A DNA stretch of 64,000 nucleotides. Source: an uncultured Acholeplasmataceae bacterium. Its GTDB lineage: Bacteria; Bacillota_I; Bacilli_A; ML615J-28; CAG-698. The notes beneath the pieces are model-generated. The model made no database searches. It worked only from the letters and a program-made list of their open reading frames with translations, and was not told the origin of the DNA. The stretch's first letter is position 1; every line of letters starts with the position of its first letter. Position numbers and translations under genes: made by a program. Location of the stretch: contig CAUTZD010000004.1 in the NCBI GenBank assembly GCA_963542825.1, positions 406 through 64,405 on the forward strand, given 5' to 3'. Positions 29,429-40,075 of this stretch are shown in pieces.

Positions 29429-31720
29429 TTATTTTAAAGCAAGTTTAAATACTTCATCGATTGTTGAAACAAGAGTAATTGTTAACTCTTTGCGAACGCT
29501 TTCCGGAATTTCTTCGATGTCACGCTCATTTTCCTTTGGAATCAGAATTCGCTTCAAACCGCTTCGGTGCGCAGCAATTGCTTTTTCGCGTAAGCCGCCA
29601 ATTGGTAAAACAATTCCGCGCAATGTAATTTCCCCGGTCATGCCAAGAAGCCGGTCAACTTTTCGTTTCGTTAGTGCTGAGGCAATCGCTGTTGCTAAGG
29701 TTACACCAGCTGACGGTCCATCTTTTGGGGTTGCTCCCTCAGGAACGTGAATATGCATACTGAGCGTTTCAAACATCTTTGAGTCAAGTTTTAAATCTTG
29801 GGCATGAGCTTTGATGTAGCTCAAAGCTGCCTGAGCCGATTCTTTCATTACATCGCCAAGCTGCCCTGTTAAGGTAAGCTTACCATCGCCCGCATAAGTT
29901 GTTACTTCAACCGCTAATGTATCACCACCAAACTGTGTATACGCAAGTCCCATAACGATACCGACTTGGTCTTCTTTGCTAACTTTGTTGTAGAAAAACT
30001 TTGGCTTTCCAAGCCACTCACCAATATTTGTATCGTTAAGCGAAACATCTTTAATATTATCAGATAAAATCTTCTTGATTGATTTTCTAATAAGATTTCC
30101 TAAAATCCGTTCGAGCTCACGAACACCCGCTTCCATCGTATAATCGCGAATGATTTTTAAAATAACGCTATCAGTAATTTTAAATTTCGTTTTTGTAAGA
30201 CCGTGGTTTTGGAGTTGCTTGGGAATCAAATGTCTTTTCGCAATCTCAAGCTTTTCAAATTCTGTATAGCTACTTAATTCAACGATTTCAAGCCGGTCCC
30301 TTAAAGGAATCGGAATGTCTTGTAAAAAGTTAGCAGTTGTGATAAAGAACACTTTACTTAAATCGTAAGGCTCTTCTAAATAGTGATCGGAAAAATACCG
30401 GTTTTGTTCAGGATCAAGTACTTCAAGAAGTGCTCCTTCAGGAGAACCTTTCCAGCTAGCTCCGACTTTATCAATTTCATCAAGAAGGAACACGGGATTT
30501 GAAGTTCCGGCTTTCTGCATTGCCTGAAGAATCCGTCCAGGAAGCGCGCCAACGTATGTCCGCCGATGGCCACGAATCTCTGATTCGTCACTAATGCCGC
30601 CAAGCGACTGCTTAACAAACTTTTTGTTTAAAGCACTCGCAATTGATTTCGCAAGCGAAGTTTTACCAACTCCCGGAGGACCAGCAAAACATAAAATCGT
30701 CTGGGGATTTCTTCCTGACATAATTTTAACAGCTAAATATTCAAGAATCCGTTCTTTGACTTTTTCAAGTCCATAGTGATCTTTATCAAGCTGTTCTTTG
30801 GCTTTGTGAATATCCGTATTATCAACTGATTCCTTACCCCAAGGAAGCCCAACAACAAAATCAAGATAGCTTCGTAGCATCGTGTATTCTGGTGACATCG
30901 TTGAAACCGTCCGGAAACGCTCAAGTTCCTTGAGCATCTTTTCTTCAACTTCTTTCGGCATCTTTGCTTTTAGAATATTTTCTCTGATTGTTTCAACTTC
31001 TTCAATTTGCAAAGCCTTATCACCAAGCTCTTCTTGAATAACTTTAATTTTTTCCCGGAGATAATATTCTTTCTGACTATCAGCAATGTTTTTGCGAATC
31101 TGTTCTTCAATTTTGTCTTCAAGCTCGCGAAACTCTGATTGCTTCAAAACTTCTTCCAAAACCTTACGGGCTCTTAAAAGTGCACTTGGCTCTTCAAGAA
31201 AATACAGTTTTTTATCAAGGGGTCTTTTTAAAAAATAAGCAATCACATTAACCTTTTGTTCAAGGTCAACAGCTTCATTATAAGTACGCGTAAAATCAAA
31301 GTTTTCTCTAAAGAAGTCCGATTTACTAACTTCCTTGTCGATGAGTTTTAGGGTTACTTCTTCTTCCTGGTCGTGTTTTAAAACGACCGGAATTGTCTCA
31401 ACCTCGGCAATTACTGGGTTATCTTTAATGATCTTTAAAATCTTCGCCCGCATCGAACCAATGACTTTAATCTTATAGGGTTTACTGCTACCCATTCGGT
31501 AACCAATTCTCGCAATAACTCCTGTCTCAAAATATTCTTTACCGTCAGCTTTCGTAAAAAGAAGCATCACCATCCGATCATTTTCCATTGCTTGATTAAT
31601 CGCTTTGATGACATCTTCGTCGCTAGCTTCAAAACGGTAATCACAAAAAGGTAAGACTAAGACGTCTTTGATTTTAATAACTGGTAGTGTTACCTTTTGT
31701 GATTTTGTAAAATCTAACAT
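29429..31720 (-). CDS. lon: ATP-dependent Lon protease
   Basis: GPPGVGKTSLAKSIA and PKDGPSAGVT (catalytic Ser). 763 aa. Confidence 0.92.
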   Translation of the reverse strand: MLDFTKSQKVTLPVIKIKDVLVLPFCDYRFEASDEDVIKAINQAMENDRMVMLLFTKADGKEYFETGVIARIGYRMGSSKPYKIKVIGSMRAKILKIIKDNPVIAEVETIPVVLKHDQEEEVTLKLIDKEVSKSDFFRENFDFTRTYNEAVDLEQKVNVIAYFLKRPLDKKLYFLEEPSALLRARKVLEEVLKQSEFRELEDKIEEQIRKNIADSQKEYYLREKIKVIQEELGDKALQIEEVETIRENILKAKMPKEVEEKMLKELERFRTVSTMSPEYTMLRSYLDFVVGLPWGKESVDNTDIHKAKEQLDKDHYGLEKVKERILEYLAVKIMSGRNPQTILCFAGPPGVGKTSLAKSIASALNKKFVKQSLGGISDESEIRGHRRTYVGALPGRILQAMQKAGTSNPVFLLDEIDKVGASWKGSPEGALLEVLDPEQNRYFSDHYLEEPYDLSKVFFITTANFLQDIPIPLRDRLEIVELSSYTEFEKLEIAKRHLIPKQLQNHGLTKTKFKITDSVILKIIRDYTMEAGVRELERILGNLIRKSIKKILSDNIKDVSLNDTNIGEWLGKPKFFYNKVSKEDQVGIVMGLAYTQFGGDTLAVEVTTYAGDGKLTLTGQLGDVMKESAQAALSYIKAHAQDLKLDSKMFETLSMHIHVPEGATPKDGPSAGVTLATAIASALTKRKVDRLLGMTGEITLRGIVLPIGGLREKAIAAHRSGLKRILIPKENERDIEEIPESVRKELTITLVSTIDEVFKLALK

Positions 31721-31734
31721 TTAGAGCCTCCTAT

Positions 31735-33024
31735 TTATTTCTTAACGGCCTTATCAAGTACTAATTTTTGGGCTTTTTGAATTAAAGCATAACCTTCAAT
31801 TTGGTGTTTTGGATAAAGCTTTTTAATTTCCTCAAGAGGTTTTTCTTGTTCTTTACTAATCTCTTCTAAATCTTTTTCATAATCTTTATCAGTATACTTT
31901 AATTTTTCTTGCTCACTAATTGCATAAAGAACGATTCGTGTTTTAACGGTGTTAACAATTCCTGGACGCATTAGCTCTTTGTGCTTTTCAAGCGATTCGA
32001 TACCATACATTTTCAAAAGATCTTCCACTGGAATTTTATAAGCGTTTGCTTGTTTTTCAAAATAGTTAAGATGATACTTAAGTTCGTTTTCAACAAGCGT
32101 TTCTGGAACATCAGTTTTACTATCATTTACAACTTTTTCTAAAACATCACTGTTAAACTTATTAGTGCTTGCTTCTTCGGCTTCTTTTAAAAGTGTATCT
32201 TTCACATGTTTTTTGTATTCACTAACTTTATTTACACCTTCAATTTCTAAGCTCTTAACGAAATCATCAGTAAGTTCAGGAATTTCCCGTTTTTTAATTT
32301 CGTGAAGCGTTACTTTAAAAGTTGCTTCTTTTCCCTTGAGGTTTTCCGCATGATAGTTCTCAGGAAACGTTACTTTAATTTCCCGAGTTTCACCTTTTTT
32401 CATGCCGATAAGTTGGTCTTCAAAACCGGGGATAAAAGAGTTAGATCCAATCTCAAGTGGATGGTTCTCACCTTTTCCACCTTCAAAAGCAGTCTTTCCG
32501 ATAAACCCTTCAAAATCGATGATTGCTGTTTCCCCTTTTTCAAGTGGTTTGTCATCCTCCACTAAAACCAGGGAAGCGTAGCTTTTAAGGGTGCGATCGA
32601 TATGTTCTTTAACTTTCGCATCCGATACGGTTTTCTTTTCTTCTTTAACTTCAACCCCTAAATATTTTCCAAGTTCAACTTCAGGCCATACTTCAAAAGT
32701 AATTTTGATATTAAATGGCTCGTGAATTTTGACTTTTGAAAAATCAACATCAACATTTGGTTGGTTTAAAGGACTAACCTTATATTTAGTAATACCTTCG
32801 TATAAAAACTTATTAATTGCAATGTCACAAGCATCGACAACAAGCGTTTCATCACCGATATGTTTTTGAAAAAGTTCCCGCGTAACATGTCCTTTCCTGA
32901 AACCCTTAATCTCAACAGTTGGCTGTTTTTTTAAAAACGCCTCGTCAAGAGCGTTGTCAAACTGTTGACGCGATACCTCGCCTGTTAATTCAACTAAACA
33001 TTTTGATAAATAATTAATTTTCAT
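31735..33024 (-). CDS. tig: Trigger factor
   Basis: N-terminal ribosome-binding GFRKGHV motif, PPIase middle domain, 429 aa. tig-lon order. Confidence 0.9.
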   Translation of the reverse strand: MKINYLSKCLVELTGEVSRQQFDNALDEAFLKKQPTVEIKGFRKGHVTRELFQKHIGDETLVVDACDIAINKFLYEGITKYKVSPLNQPNVDVDFSKVKIHEPFNIKITFEVWPEVELGKYLGVEVKEEKKTVSDAKVKEHIDRTLKSYASLVLVEDDKPLEKGETAIIDFEGFIGKTAFEGGKGENHPLEIGSNSFIPGFEDQLIGMKKGETREIKVTFPENYHAENLKGKEATFKVTLHEIKKREIPELTDDFVKSLEIEGVNKVSEYKKHVKDTLLKEAEEASTNKFNSDVLEKVVNDSKTDVPETLVENELKYHLNYFEKQANAYKIPVEDLLKMYGIESLEKHKELMRPGIVNTVKTRIVLYAISEQEKLKYTDKDYEKDLEEISKEQEKPLEEIKKLYPKHQIEGYALIQKAQKLVLDKAVKK

Positions 33025-33436
33025 TTTTCTTCCTCTCCCCTAATAAATTACCAAATTCCACCAGTTCTTCTATAATATCTTTATTTACTCCCATCTCTTT
33101 TAAGTTGTTTATGGCATCATAAAGTCTAATAAAAGGATCAAGAGAAGCTTCTTCTTTTTGAAGAGTTTCCGCTAAGTAAGAAAGCACATATAAACTTTCT
33201 TTTCCTTTAAACTCTTGAAGTCCCATAAACCCCATTTCTTCGTAGACTTTACAGAAAGCTTTGAGATCGTTATTTTTAAGTTTAAGAAGTGTAAAATAAG
33301 CGTACTGTTTCGTTAGAAAAAGATACAAGAAAAAACTGAAACACAAAATGTTTTCCTGTAATAAGCTTTCGAGTTTGGCTTGGTAATCGTTCATTTTAAT
33401 CTTTTTGATTATACCACCGTTTACCCTAATTAGCAA
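33014..33436 (-). CDS. Hypothetical small protein (probable start at MNDYQAKL)
   Basis: ORF only. Overlaps the tig start by 11 bp. Confidence 0.35.
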   Translation of the reverse strand: MLIRVNGGIIKKIKMNDYQAKLESLLQENILCFSFFLYLFLTKQYAYFTLLKLKNNDLKAFCKVYEEMGFMGLQEFKGKESLYVLSYLAETLQKEEASLDPFIRLYDAINNLKEMGVNKDIIEELVEFGNLLGERKKNEN

Positions 33437-33465
33437 TTGTTTTGCCGTAAGCTATGAACTATCAG

Positions 33466-34869
33466 CTACTTCTTTTCTATGGGGCTTTTCTTATTGAACT
33501 GTTCGTAAAACTTCATAACACCAGGAAGCTGGCGCGGTTCTTCTCCTTCCGTTAGTTCAAGTTTATCGTAGTTTGGAAGCATGAAATTTAATAAAACACC
33601 AATAAGTGTTGCGAGACTCATTCCACTCATACCATTGATACCATTTTTGTCAAACGGTAAAAAGGCATTGCCAAGACCAACGACAAGCATCGTTGAAACA
33701 ATGATTAAGTTTTTGGTTTTGCCCATATCAACCTTATTATCGATGAGTACCTTTAAACCGTTAATACTGATAAAGCCATATAGAACAATTGAAATACCAC
33801 CCATAACCGAAGCTGGGATGAGAGAAATTAGTGTAACAATAATATTACAAAAGCTCATGACAATTGCAATTATAGCAGCTCCGCCTGTCACCCAAACGCT
33901 TGCAACCTTGGTCATACCAACAACGCTTGTATTCTCACCATATGTTGTATTAGCAGGTCCCCCAAAAAGTGCGGCAACAATTGTTGCAACGCCGTCTCCC
34001 AAAAGCGTTTTCTTAAGTCCGGGATTCACAAGATAATTTTGACCAGTGATTTTACCAAGAACAGCGTGATCACCAATATGTTCACTGATTGTTACAATTG
34101 ATAAAGGAACAATTGTGAAAAGCGCTTGAAAACTAATTTTGTGAATTGTAATATTTGTACTAAGGAAACTAATTTTCTTATTAGTTAATCCAAGGAACAT
34201 GAAATCAGGGACCTTGAACCAGTTTTGCGGTGCTCTTAAAACTTCGATAAGTGGTTTAAAGTCGATAGCCCCAAGAACTGCCGCTATTAAAAACCCGCCA
34301 AATATTCCAAAAAGAAATGGAATGATCCGCATGAATCCTTTGGCCTTAAATAAAACGATTAAAACAATTATTAAACTAGCCACACTAATAATCATATCTT
34401 GGTAGCTATTATCACCACGTAGTAAACCACTATTTTTGATGGCAACCTGACTTAACCCAAGACCAATGATGATGATGGCAGGTCCGATGACAACGGGCGG
34501 TAATACTTTCTTGAGCCAGTCGCCTTTAACAAAATGTAAAATGGTAGCAACAAGCACATAAACAAGCCCAACAACCATAATTGCCGTCATCGTTGAGCCG
34601 TAGTTTCCCGTGCCAACGCCGTGATACCCAGAGGCAATGATAATTGAAGAAATGAAAGCGAAGCTTGATCCAAGATAAACAGGGACTTTAGCTTTTGTAA
34701 TCAAAATATAAATAAGTGTACCTACACCGCTCGTAAAAAGGCTAACATTCACTGGAAGCCCTGTTAAAAGGGGCACGAGAATCGTTGCCCCAAACATTGC
34801 GAACACGTGTTGAAAACTTAAAGCGAGACCCTTACCAAAGGGCGGTTTTTGACTAGCACTATATAACAT
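33466..34869 (-). CDS. pyrP: Uracil permease (NCS2 family)
   Basis: LALSFQHVFAMFGATILVPLLTG... has the characteristic NCS2/UraA N-terminus. Confidence 0.85.
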   Translation of the reverse strand: MLYSASQKPPFGKGLALSFQHVFAMFGATILVPLLTGLPVNVSLFTSGVGTLIYILITKAKVPVYLGSSFAFISSIIIASGYHGVGTGNYGSTMTAIMVVGLVYVLVATILHFVKGDWLKKVLPPVVIGPAIIIIGLGLSQVAIKNSGLLRGDNSYQDMIISVASLIIVLIVLFKAKGFMRIIPFLFGIFGGFLIAAVLGAIDFKPLIEVLRAPQNWFKVPDFMFLGLTNKKISFLSTNITIHKISFQALFTIVPLSIVTISEHIGDHAVLGKITGQNYLVNPGLKKTLLGDGVATIVAALFGGPANTTYGENTSVVGMTKVASVWVTGGAAIIAIVMSFCNIIVTLISLIPASVMGGISIVLYGFISINGLKVLIDNKVDMGKTKNLIIVSTMLVVGLGNAFLPFDKNGINGMSGMSLATLIGVLLNFMLPNYDKLELTEGEEPRQLPGVMKFYEQFNKKSPIEKK

Positions 34870-34900
34870 AAATTTCCTCCTTTTTTTACTTCTCTAATAT

Positions 34901-34928
34901 TTTAAAAAATAAGAGGGAATAATCCCTC
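34901..34928 (-). terminator. Rho-independent terminator (AATAAGAGGGA-uuau-UCCCUCUUAUU plus U6) after the AzgA-like permease gene
   Basis: Perfect 11-bp inverted repeat followed by a T-run on the minus strand. Confidence 0.6.
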
Positions 34929-34939
34929 TTATTATTTTA

Positions 34940-36385
34940 CTATTTAATGACTCCGGCTTTAATTAAAGCGAAAATTAAATAATAAACAATGAATAAAGCG
35001 GCCGTCACATAAAGCAAAGGATGAATCTTTTTGATCTCTTCTTTCTTAAATGTTGTGAGCTGCATAAGAATGTAAAAGATGATTCCAAAAGCGATACCAT
35101 TGGAAATATTATAAGTAAGAACCATCACAACCGCAGTCATGAACGAATAAACAGCAACTCGGAAATCCGACCATTCAATCTCTTTAAAGCTTGTTGCCAT
35201 CATAATACCAACAACAACGAGGGCTGGCGCTGTAGCGCATCCTGGAATAATTGCCACAAGTGGTGATAAGAAAATCATAAGTAGGAAGAATAGTGATGTA
35301 AAGACACTTGTTAGACCAGTTTTACCGCCAGCTTCGATACCAGCAGATGATTCAACAAACGTTGTAACAGTTGATGTACCAAGAACGGCACCAACAGAAG
35401 TTGCGACAAAGTCAACAACCATCGCTCTTTCAAGTCGTGACTGTAAATATCTTTTTTTAGGAGCCTCAGTTTCACTTACAACTTCACCATTTTCTGGTAA
35501 CTGTTTTTGTTTACTTGTTTGTAAACTCTCAAGTTCTTCTTCGCTGAAGATACCACTCTTTCGACCAGTACCAATAAATGTACCAATAGAATCGAAAGTA
35601 TCACCTAGACACAAAACAAAGATTGCAACAAGAACAAGTGGCAACGCCTTAAGCGATGAGAACATCTTACCAATTCCATAAAAGGCTTGTCCAGAAACTT
35701 TGCCAAGCTCAGGAAAAGCTTCCCAGAACTTCCAGCCTTGTTTCAAGCTGTCAAACTTGGTAACGCCAAATGGAATACCAACGATTGTTGTAAAGACGAT
35801 ACCGATAAGAATTGCACCAGGAACTTTTAAAGCAACCAAAACTACTGTTGCCATAATACCAATGAGAGCAGTTAGGGCTGCCCAGTTATTGAAACTGCTT
35901 AGTTCAGGAACAGCTCCCGCTAGATCAATCATGCCAGCGTTTCTGAAACCAATGTAAGCGATAAAAAGACCGATACCGCCACTAATTGCGTACTGTAAGT
36001 TTTTCGGAATGGCTAGAATTAAATACTTTCTAACTTTAGTGACTGATAAGACAATATTAATGATACCATTAATAAAAACCATTCCTAAAGCTTCTTGCCA
36101 TGAAAAACCAAGAGTAAAACAAATCGTGTAAGTGAAGAAGGCATTTAATCCCATGCCTGGGGCCAAAGCATATGGAACGTTAGCAAAAAGTGCCATGAAA
36201 AGCGTTCCAAAGACAGTTGCAAAGATCGTCGCTAAAAATACAGCTTGAACAGGCATTCCGGTAGCGCCTAAGATTTGTGGGTTAACAAAGACAATGTAGA
36301 CCATTGCCATGAAGGTTGTAAGCCCGGCTAACGCTTCCCGTTTGACGTTCGTTGCGTATTTTTCTAATTGAAAGAATTTTCGCAT
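34940..36385 (-). CDS. AzgA-type purine (adenine/guanine/hypoxanthine) permease, NCS2 family
   Basis: LAGLTTFMAMVYIVFVNPQIL and GMGLNAFFTYT match the AzgA/PbuG family. Confidence 0.8.
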   Translation of the reverse strand: MRKFFQLEKYATNVKREALAGLTTFMAMVYIVFVNPQILGATGMPVQAVFLATIFATVFGTLFMALFANVPYALAPGMGLNAFFTYTICFTLGFSWQEALGMVFINGIINIVLSVTKVRKYLILAIPKNLQYAISGGIGLFIAYIGFRNAGMIDLAGAVPELSSFNNWAALTALIGIMATVVLVALKVPGAILIGIVFTTIVGIPFGVTKFDSLKQGWKFWEAFPELGKVSGQAFYGIGKMFSSLKALPLVLVAIFVLCLGDTFDSIGTFIGTGRKSGIFSEEELESLQTSKQKQLPENGEVVSETEAPKKRYLQSRLERAMVVDFVATSVGAVLGTSTVTTFVESSAGIEAGGKTGLTSVFTSLFFLLMIFLSPLVAIIPGCATAPALVVVGIMMATSFKEIEWSDFRVAVYSFMTAVVMVLTYNISNGIAFGIIFYILMQLTTFKKEEIKKIHPLLYVTAALFIVYYLIFALIKAGVIK

Positions 36386-36394
36386 CCTTTTTCC

Positions 36395-36531
36395 CTTTCT
36401 ATTAGATTATAAAAAAAGCGTGCAAATTTTACTTTGCCCGCCAAAAATAATCCTTAAAAAGGAATACCAATAGTCAAACGATTAGGTCGTTTGGTAGAAA
36501 CTTAGGAACCAAATTATCCAAATTATATTGG
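36395..36531 (-). ncRNA. Purine riboswitch (guanine-type, C74) with terminator-type expression platform, in the 5' leader of the AzgA-like permease
   Basis: Aptamer (rc of 36467-36531) has P1 CCAAUA/UAUUGG, UAUAAU, an L2 containing UUGG, J2/3 AAGUUUCUACC, P3 AAACG/CGUUU with loop ACCUAAU, and GAC-UAU. Followed by a GC-rich hairpin plus U7 (36395-36440) and then the RBS. Confidence 0.6.
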
Positions 36532-36597
36532 CGCTGCTTTTATTTATATCTAACAAACCCATTATACTAATGATTGCTAAATTTGCAACTATTTTTT

Positions 36598-38223
36598 TTA
36601 TTTAATTGTTGAAGTGAATGTTTTTGTCAAAGTTTTTCCATTATATTCAACTTTAACTTCGTAAACTAGTTTAGTACCGGCTACGGGACTGCCAAAAACA
36701 CGGCCGTTTGCTTTCATGTATGTCGTGTCTTCTGGAGTGAAAGTAATCTTTGCAGTTGGGGCATTTTGTAAAAGCCATAGTTCAAACTCAACAAGTTTGA
36801 TAAAGCGGTCCCAGCCGTTATAACCATCACTCTTATGATTACGCAGGCCATTAGGACAGTTCTTACCTGAGAAAGTATTGTGCATCTTAACACGGGTTGC
36901 ATCAAGGTTATGTCTAAACAAAATATCAGCAACAAGCTTGGCATTCTTTTGCCAAGTGTCGATAATATCGCCATTTGTATTAACACACGTTTCGATGCCG
37001 ATTGAATTATTGTTGCCACCACGACTAGCAATCTTTTTAAAACTTTTATTATAATAGCTAGTTCCTAAAAAGTAAAAGCCATCGACAATTTTCCAAGTTG
37101 GACCAAGATCAGAGAGATCGGCTTTTGTTGCCGCTCTTCCATTTACCCGTGGAGCATGAACGCTAGAAAGAATACCATTTAGTATGTATTTTTCTGCCAG
37201 TGGGTCAACATCAAATGTTGGCTGCTTATTAACAAAAGCTGGAACACCGGTACTTTCCCAGCCAAAGAGTGCGCTCGTTCCATCACCAGCGTGATAAGCA
37301 ACGTTTGTCTCAGGAGCTGATTTTAATACCATTTCATCGCCAACAATATAGTGAATGGAAACCTGTGTACTATCATTTCTAAAGAACTTACCGTGGCCAA
37401 TTGCTCCGGCTTTAATGTTTGCTGTATCGTGAACCGTAACAAACTCGACTCTGTCCATCGCACTTCCACAGTGAGTCGCCACCTGGGCATCAGTTAAAGC
37501 ATATTCCGTGTTAATACTTAATTTCCCTGTTTGATAAAGATTAACGGAATGATATTTCTCTGTCCATGTGTTAGCGCCTTTATCATAAAGAAGACTAATT
37601 TTTTGTTTTGTTAAGGTTTCATTATGAAACTCAGTTAATTTATTCATAATGTAATCAATTTCTGATACTGGATCTTCAAACTTCTTTTTATACTTAAGTT
37701 CGAGAGTAAACTCATCGCCCTTATGAACAAGAAAATGATAATCAGAATCTAGAAGTTCATAGCCTTCGAGATTTTCAGCATATGTTTCACCATCAAGCTC
37801 AGTTTCTGTGAGAGCAAAGCGTTTCTCCGTTTTATAAAGTTTATATTCGTTCTCATGATAAACCATATGATTAACTGTAATATAAATATTGATTGGTTTA
37901 GGACTAGGACTAGGATCTTCATCCTTAGGTAGCACTTTAATCGTTACAAAACCAACCGCACTACCAGCCTCGAGACTAACCGCCGTCTCACCTTTCTTAA
38001 GACCCGTTACTACGCCATCTTCAACTTTAACAATTTTTGGATCTTGTGCTTTCCAAACAACAGTTTCTTTCGTGTTTTTAAGTTCATACTCAATTTTAAC
38101 ACTTTCACCCACTTTTAAAGTGTACTCTTCTTTGCTCAAAACAATTGCTGGATCTTTTTTACATCCAGCAAGGACAAACATTAACAAAACCAAAACAAAG
38201 CCTGTTAAAACTTTTCGCATCAT
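36598..38223 (-). CDS. Lipoprotein with Big_2 Ig-like domain and Amidase_2 (N-acetylmuramoyl-L-alanine amidase / PGRP-like) domain
   Basis: Lipobox FVLAGC. VTVHDTAN...HYIVG...AYHAGDG motifs. Confidence 0.75.
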   Translation of the reverse strand: MMRKVLTGFVLVLLMFVLAGCKKDPAIVLSKEEYTLKVGESVKIEYELKNTKETVVWKAQDPKIVKVEDGVVTGLKKGETAVSLEAGSAVGFVTIKVLPKDEDPSPSPKPINIYITVNHMVYHENEYKLYKTEKRFALTETELDGETYAENLEGYELLDSDYHFLVHKGDEFTLELKYKKKFEDPVSEIDYIMNKLTEFHNETLTKQKISLLYDKGANTWTEKYHSVNLYQTGKLSINTEYALTDAQVATHCGSAMDRVEFVTVHDTANIKAGAIGHGKFFRNDSTQVSIHYIVGDEMVLKSAPETNVAYHAGDGTSALFGWESTGVPAFVNKQPTFDVDPLAEKYILNGILSSVHAPRVNGRAATKADLSDLGPTWKIVDGFYFLGTSYYNKSFKKIASRGGNNNSIGIETCVNTNGDIIDTWQKNAKLVADILFRHNLDATRVKMHNTFSGKNCPNGLRNHKSDGYNGWDRFIKLVEFELWLLQNAPTAKITFTPEDTTYMKANGRVFGSPVAGTKLVYEVKVEYNGKTLTKTFTSTIK

Positions 38224-38229
38224 CCCTCC

Positions 38230-38565
38230 TTAAAATATATTTATTAATTTCCATAAATTTAAAAAACTAATGACAAGCTGAATAAGAAACATAAAAAGCG
38301 CAATTGTAATTCCAATAGCACAAAGTCTTCTCGTTTTTCTTTGTTTAAGCTTGCCAAGACCAATAGCCCCAAAAATTAATCCAAGAAGCGGTAAGAAAAA
38401 TGAAAAAACAATCGCTAGAATTCCATAAGAAGTACTTGATTCATTATCATCCGTACGGTTGAGCGTTGTTAAGTGCCCTACGGTATCATCAAAAACAAAA
38501 TTACAGTTTGAACAAATTTTCGCTTCGTTTAGTAAAACTGTATTACATTTTGGACATGCTTTCAT
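38230..38565 (-). CDS. Zinc-ribbon plus DUF4190-like membrane protein (111 aa), paralogous in architecture to 26356..26703
   Basis: CPKCN...CSNCN, then two TM helices with GAIGLGKLKQRK. 6-bp gap to the downstream lipoprotein gene. Confidence 0.6.
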   Translation of the reverse strand: MKACPKCNTVLLNEAKICSNCNFVFDDTVGHLTTLNRTDDNESSTSYGILAIVFSFFLPLLGLIFGAIGLGKLKQRKTRRLCAIGITIALFMFLIQLVISFLNLWKLINIF

Positions 38566-38599
38566 TTTTTAACTCCTTTAGATATTCTCGCAAAGTTTC

Positions 38600-39811
38600 T
38601 CAGTCTTTTAAACAGCCAATTGGAACAACAAAAACTTCATCATCTCTTTGGTATCCATAGTTAGTGCTCGTAATAAGCATTTTAAATTCTGAAAGTTTAG
38701 GATAGCCATTTTTCAAATCTTTCGTTATTTTTTCATGAAGTTTATTTAACTTTTCTGCTTCTTCTTCAATACCGTTTGGACCAAGAGTCGAACTGACAAT
38801 TGCTGCTTTACCACTATCAAGTGTTAAAACAAAACTAATTTGTTCATCATTTTCTAAGTAAAAGATTTTGCCACCATAAATATTAGCATATACTTTTAAA
38901 TCCCGTAAAACAAGCGATTTAAAAATCGTTTCGTAGTCACTAAGGTTTAGCCGTAAATAATCAGGAGTTTTGTGAAAAATTGCAGTAACAAGTGAAGGAT
39001 CAACAAACATATATTTCTTTGTAGCTTTATTGTCCTTTTTACCCCACAAAGGAATCTCTTCAACAATATATAAATCTTCTAAAACTTTAATGTACTTATT
39101 GAGAAGGTCATTATTGAGTTTACCTTTCGAAAACGTAAAGCGCTCATAATCATAGCTTTCCAAAACTTTCTTCATAATTTCATGATCAACTACTTGATTC
39201 TCTTTAATAAGTTTAGGAGACGGAATATTTTTTAGGTAAGTTTCTACATAACGTATTTGCTTCGTCTTATCATTCTCGGCTAAACTTTCTGGCCACCCGC
39301 CACGACATGTAGCAAAAACAAGATCATCTAAACTAAGAGACGCTTCGCATCTTTTTTCTAAGCGATCAATGCCAGTGAAAAGTTCAATTAACGAAACACT
39401 TCCATTACTTTCAGCTGATTCATATAAACTCAAAGGATACATTTTAATCTCATAAAGCCAAGGTTTTTCTAGTTCTTCTTTACATGAACTTGTAACGATG
39501 TACTGACGTTTTAACTCTCTATTTTCTAAACTACTCCCAATAATTTCCCAAAGCTTTGATTTTTCTTGGCACTCGGCAATAAGTCTTGGTTTCGCTCCTT
39601 TTAATAAGAAATGTGGATTAAGTTCTTCGGTAATTCGGTTCTTTTCATCATCATCACTATATTTTAAAAGAATACTACTTTTCGCTTTTTCTAAAGCAAC
39701 GATTGTTTTGCCGCTGCCCTTAACTCCTGTCAGTAAAACAGCACCATAGGTGTACGTCTTAATATCTAAGAGCTCGTCGATAATTCTTTGATAGTAAATA
39801 TTTTCTTCCAT
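38600..39811 (-). CDS. Divergent AAA ATPase (DUF4143-like)
   Basis: Walker A LLTGVKGSGKT. Length and C-terminal region resemble the other DUF4143 ATPases. Confidence 0.55.
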   Translation of the reverse strand: MEENIYYQRIIDELLDIKTYTYGAVLLTGVKGSGKTIVALEKAKSSILLKYSDDDEKNRITEELNPHFLLKGAKPRLIAECQEKSKLWEIIGSSLENRELKRQYIVTSSCKEELEKPWLYEIKMYPLSLYESAESNGSVSLIELFTGIDRLEKRCEASLSLDDLVFATCRGGWPESLAENDKTKQIRYVETYLKNIPSPKLIKENQVVDHEIMKKVLESYDYERFTFSKGKLNNDLLNKYIKVLEDLYIVEEIPLWGKKDNKATKKYMFVDPSLVTAIFHKTPDYLRLNLSDYETIFKSLVLRDLKVYANIYGGKIFYLENDEQISFVLTLDSGKAAIVSSTLGPNGIEEEAEKLNKLHEKITKDLKNGYPKLSEFKMLITSTNYGYQRDDEVFVVPIGCLKD

Positions 39812-40075
39812 TTTTCCCCTCTACAGTTTAATTATATATAGTAATCGAGAAAAAGTCAACATGAAACGGTTTCATTAAGTGCAATATATTACTATAAAAT
39901 AAATATAAAAATGCCGACCTCCAGTCATTAGATTTATTAGTCTAACTTTTGAAGATCGGTAAATCGAACAATCAGCTAAGGATATCTCTACAATGCAAGT
40001 ATATGAAAATATTTTTTAGTTTGAAGATAATTTTCTAAAAACTTATCTACATTGACAAGCTTAAAAATGAATATG

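Noticed and set aside
33581-34036. Plus-strand ORFs embedded in minus-strand genes (e.g. 33581..34036, 36714..37031, 37889..38233, 5989..6351, 30594..30776)
   Set aside because: They are antisense to well-supported genes with strong homology. They have no RBS and typical AT-rich reverse-frame composition.
34870-34939. PyrR-type attenuator upstream of the uracil permease
   Set aside because: The only structure is a canonical terminator belonging to the upstream permease gene. No PyrR binding loop consensus was seen.
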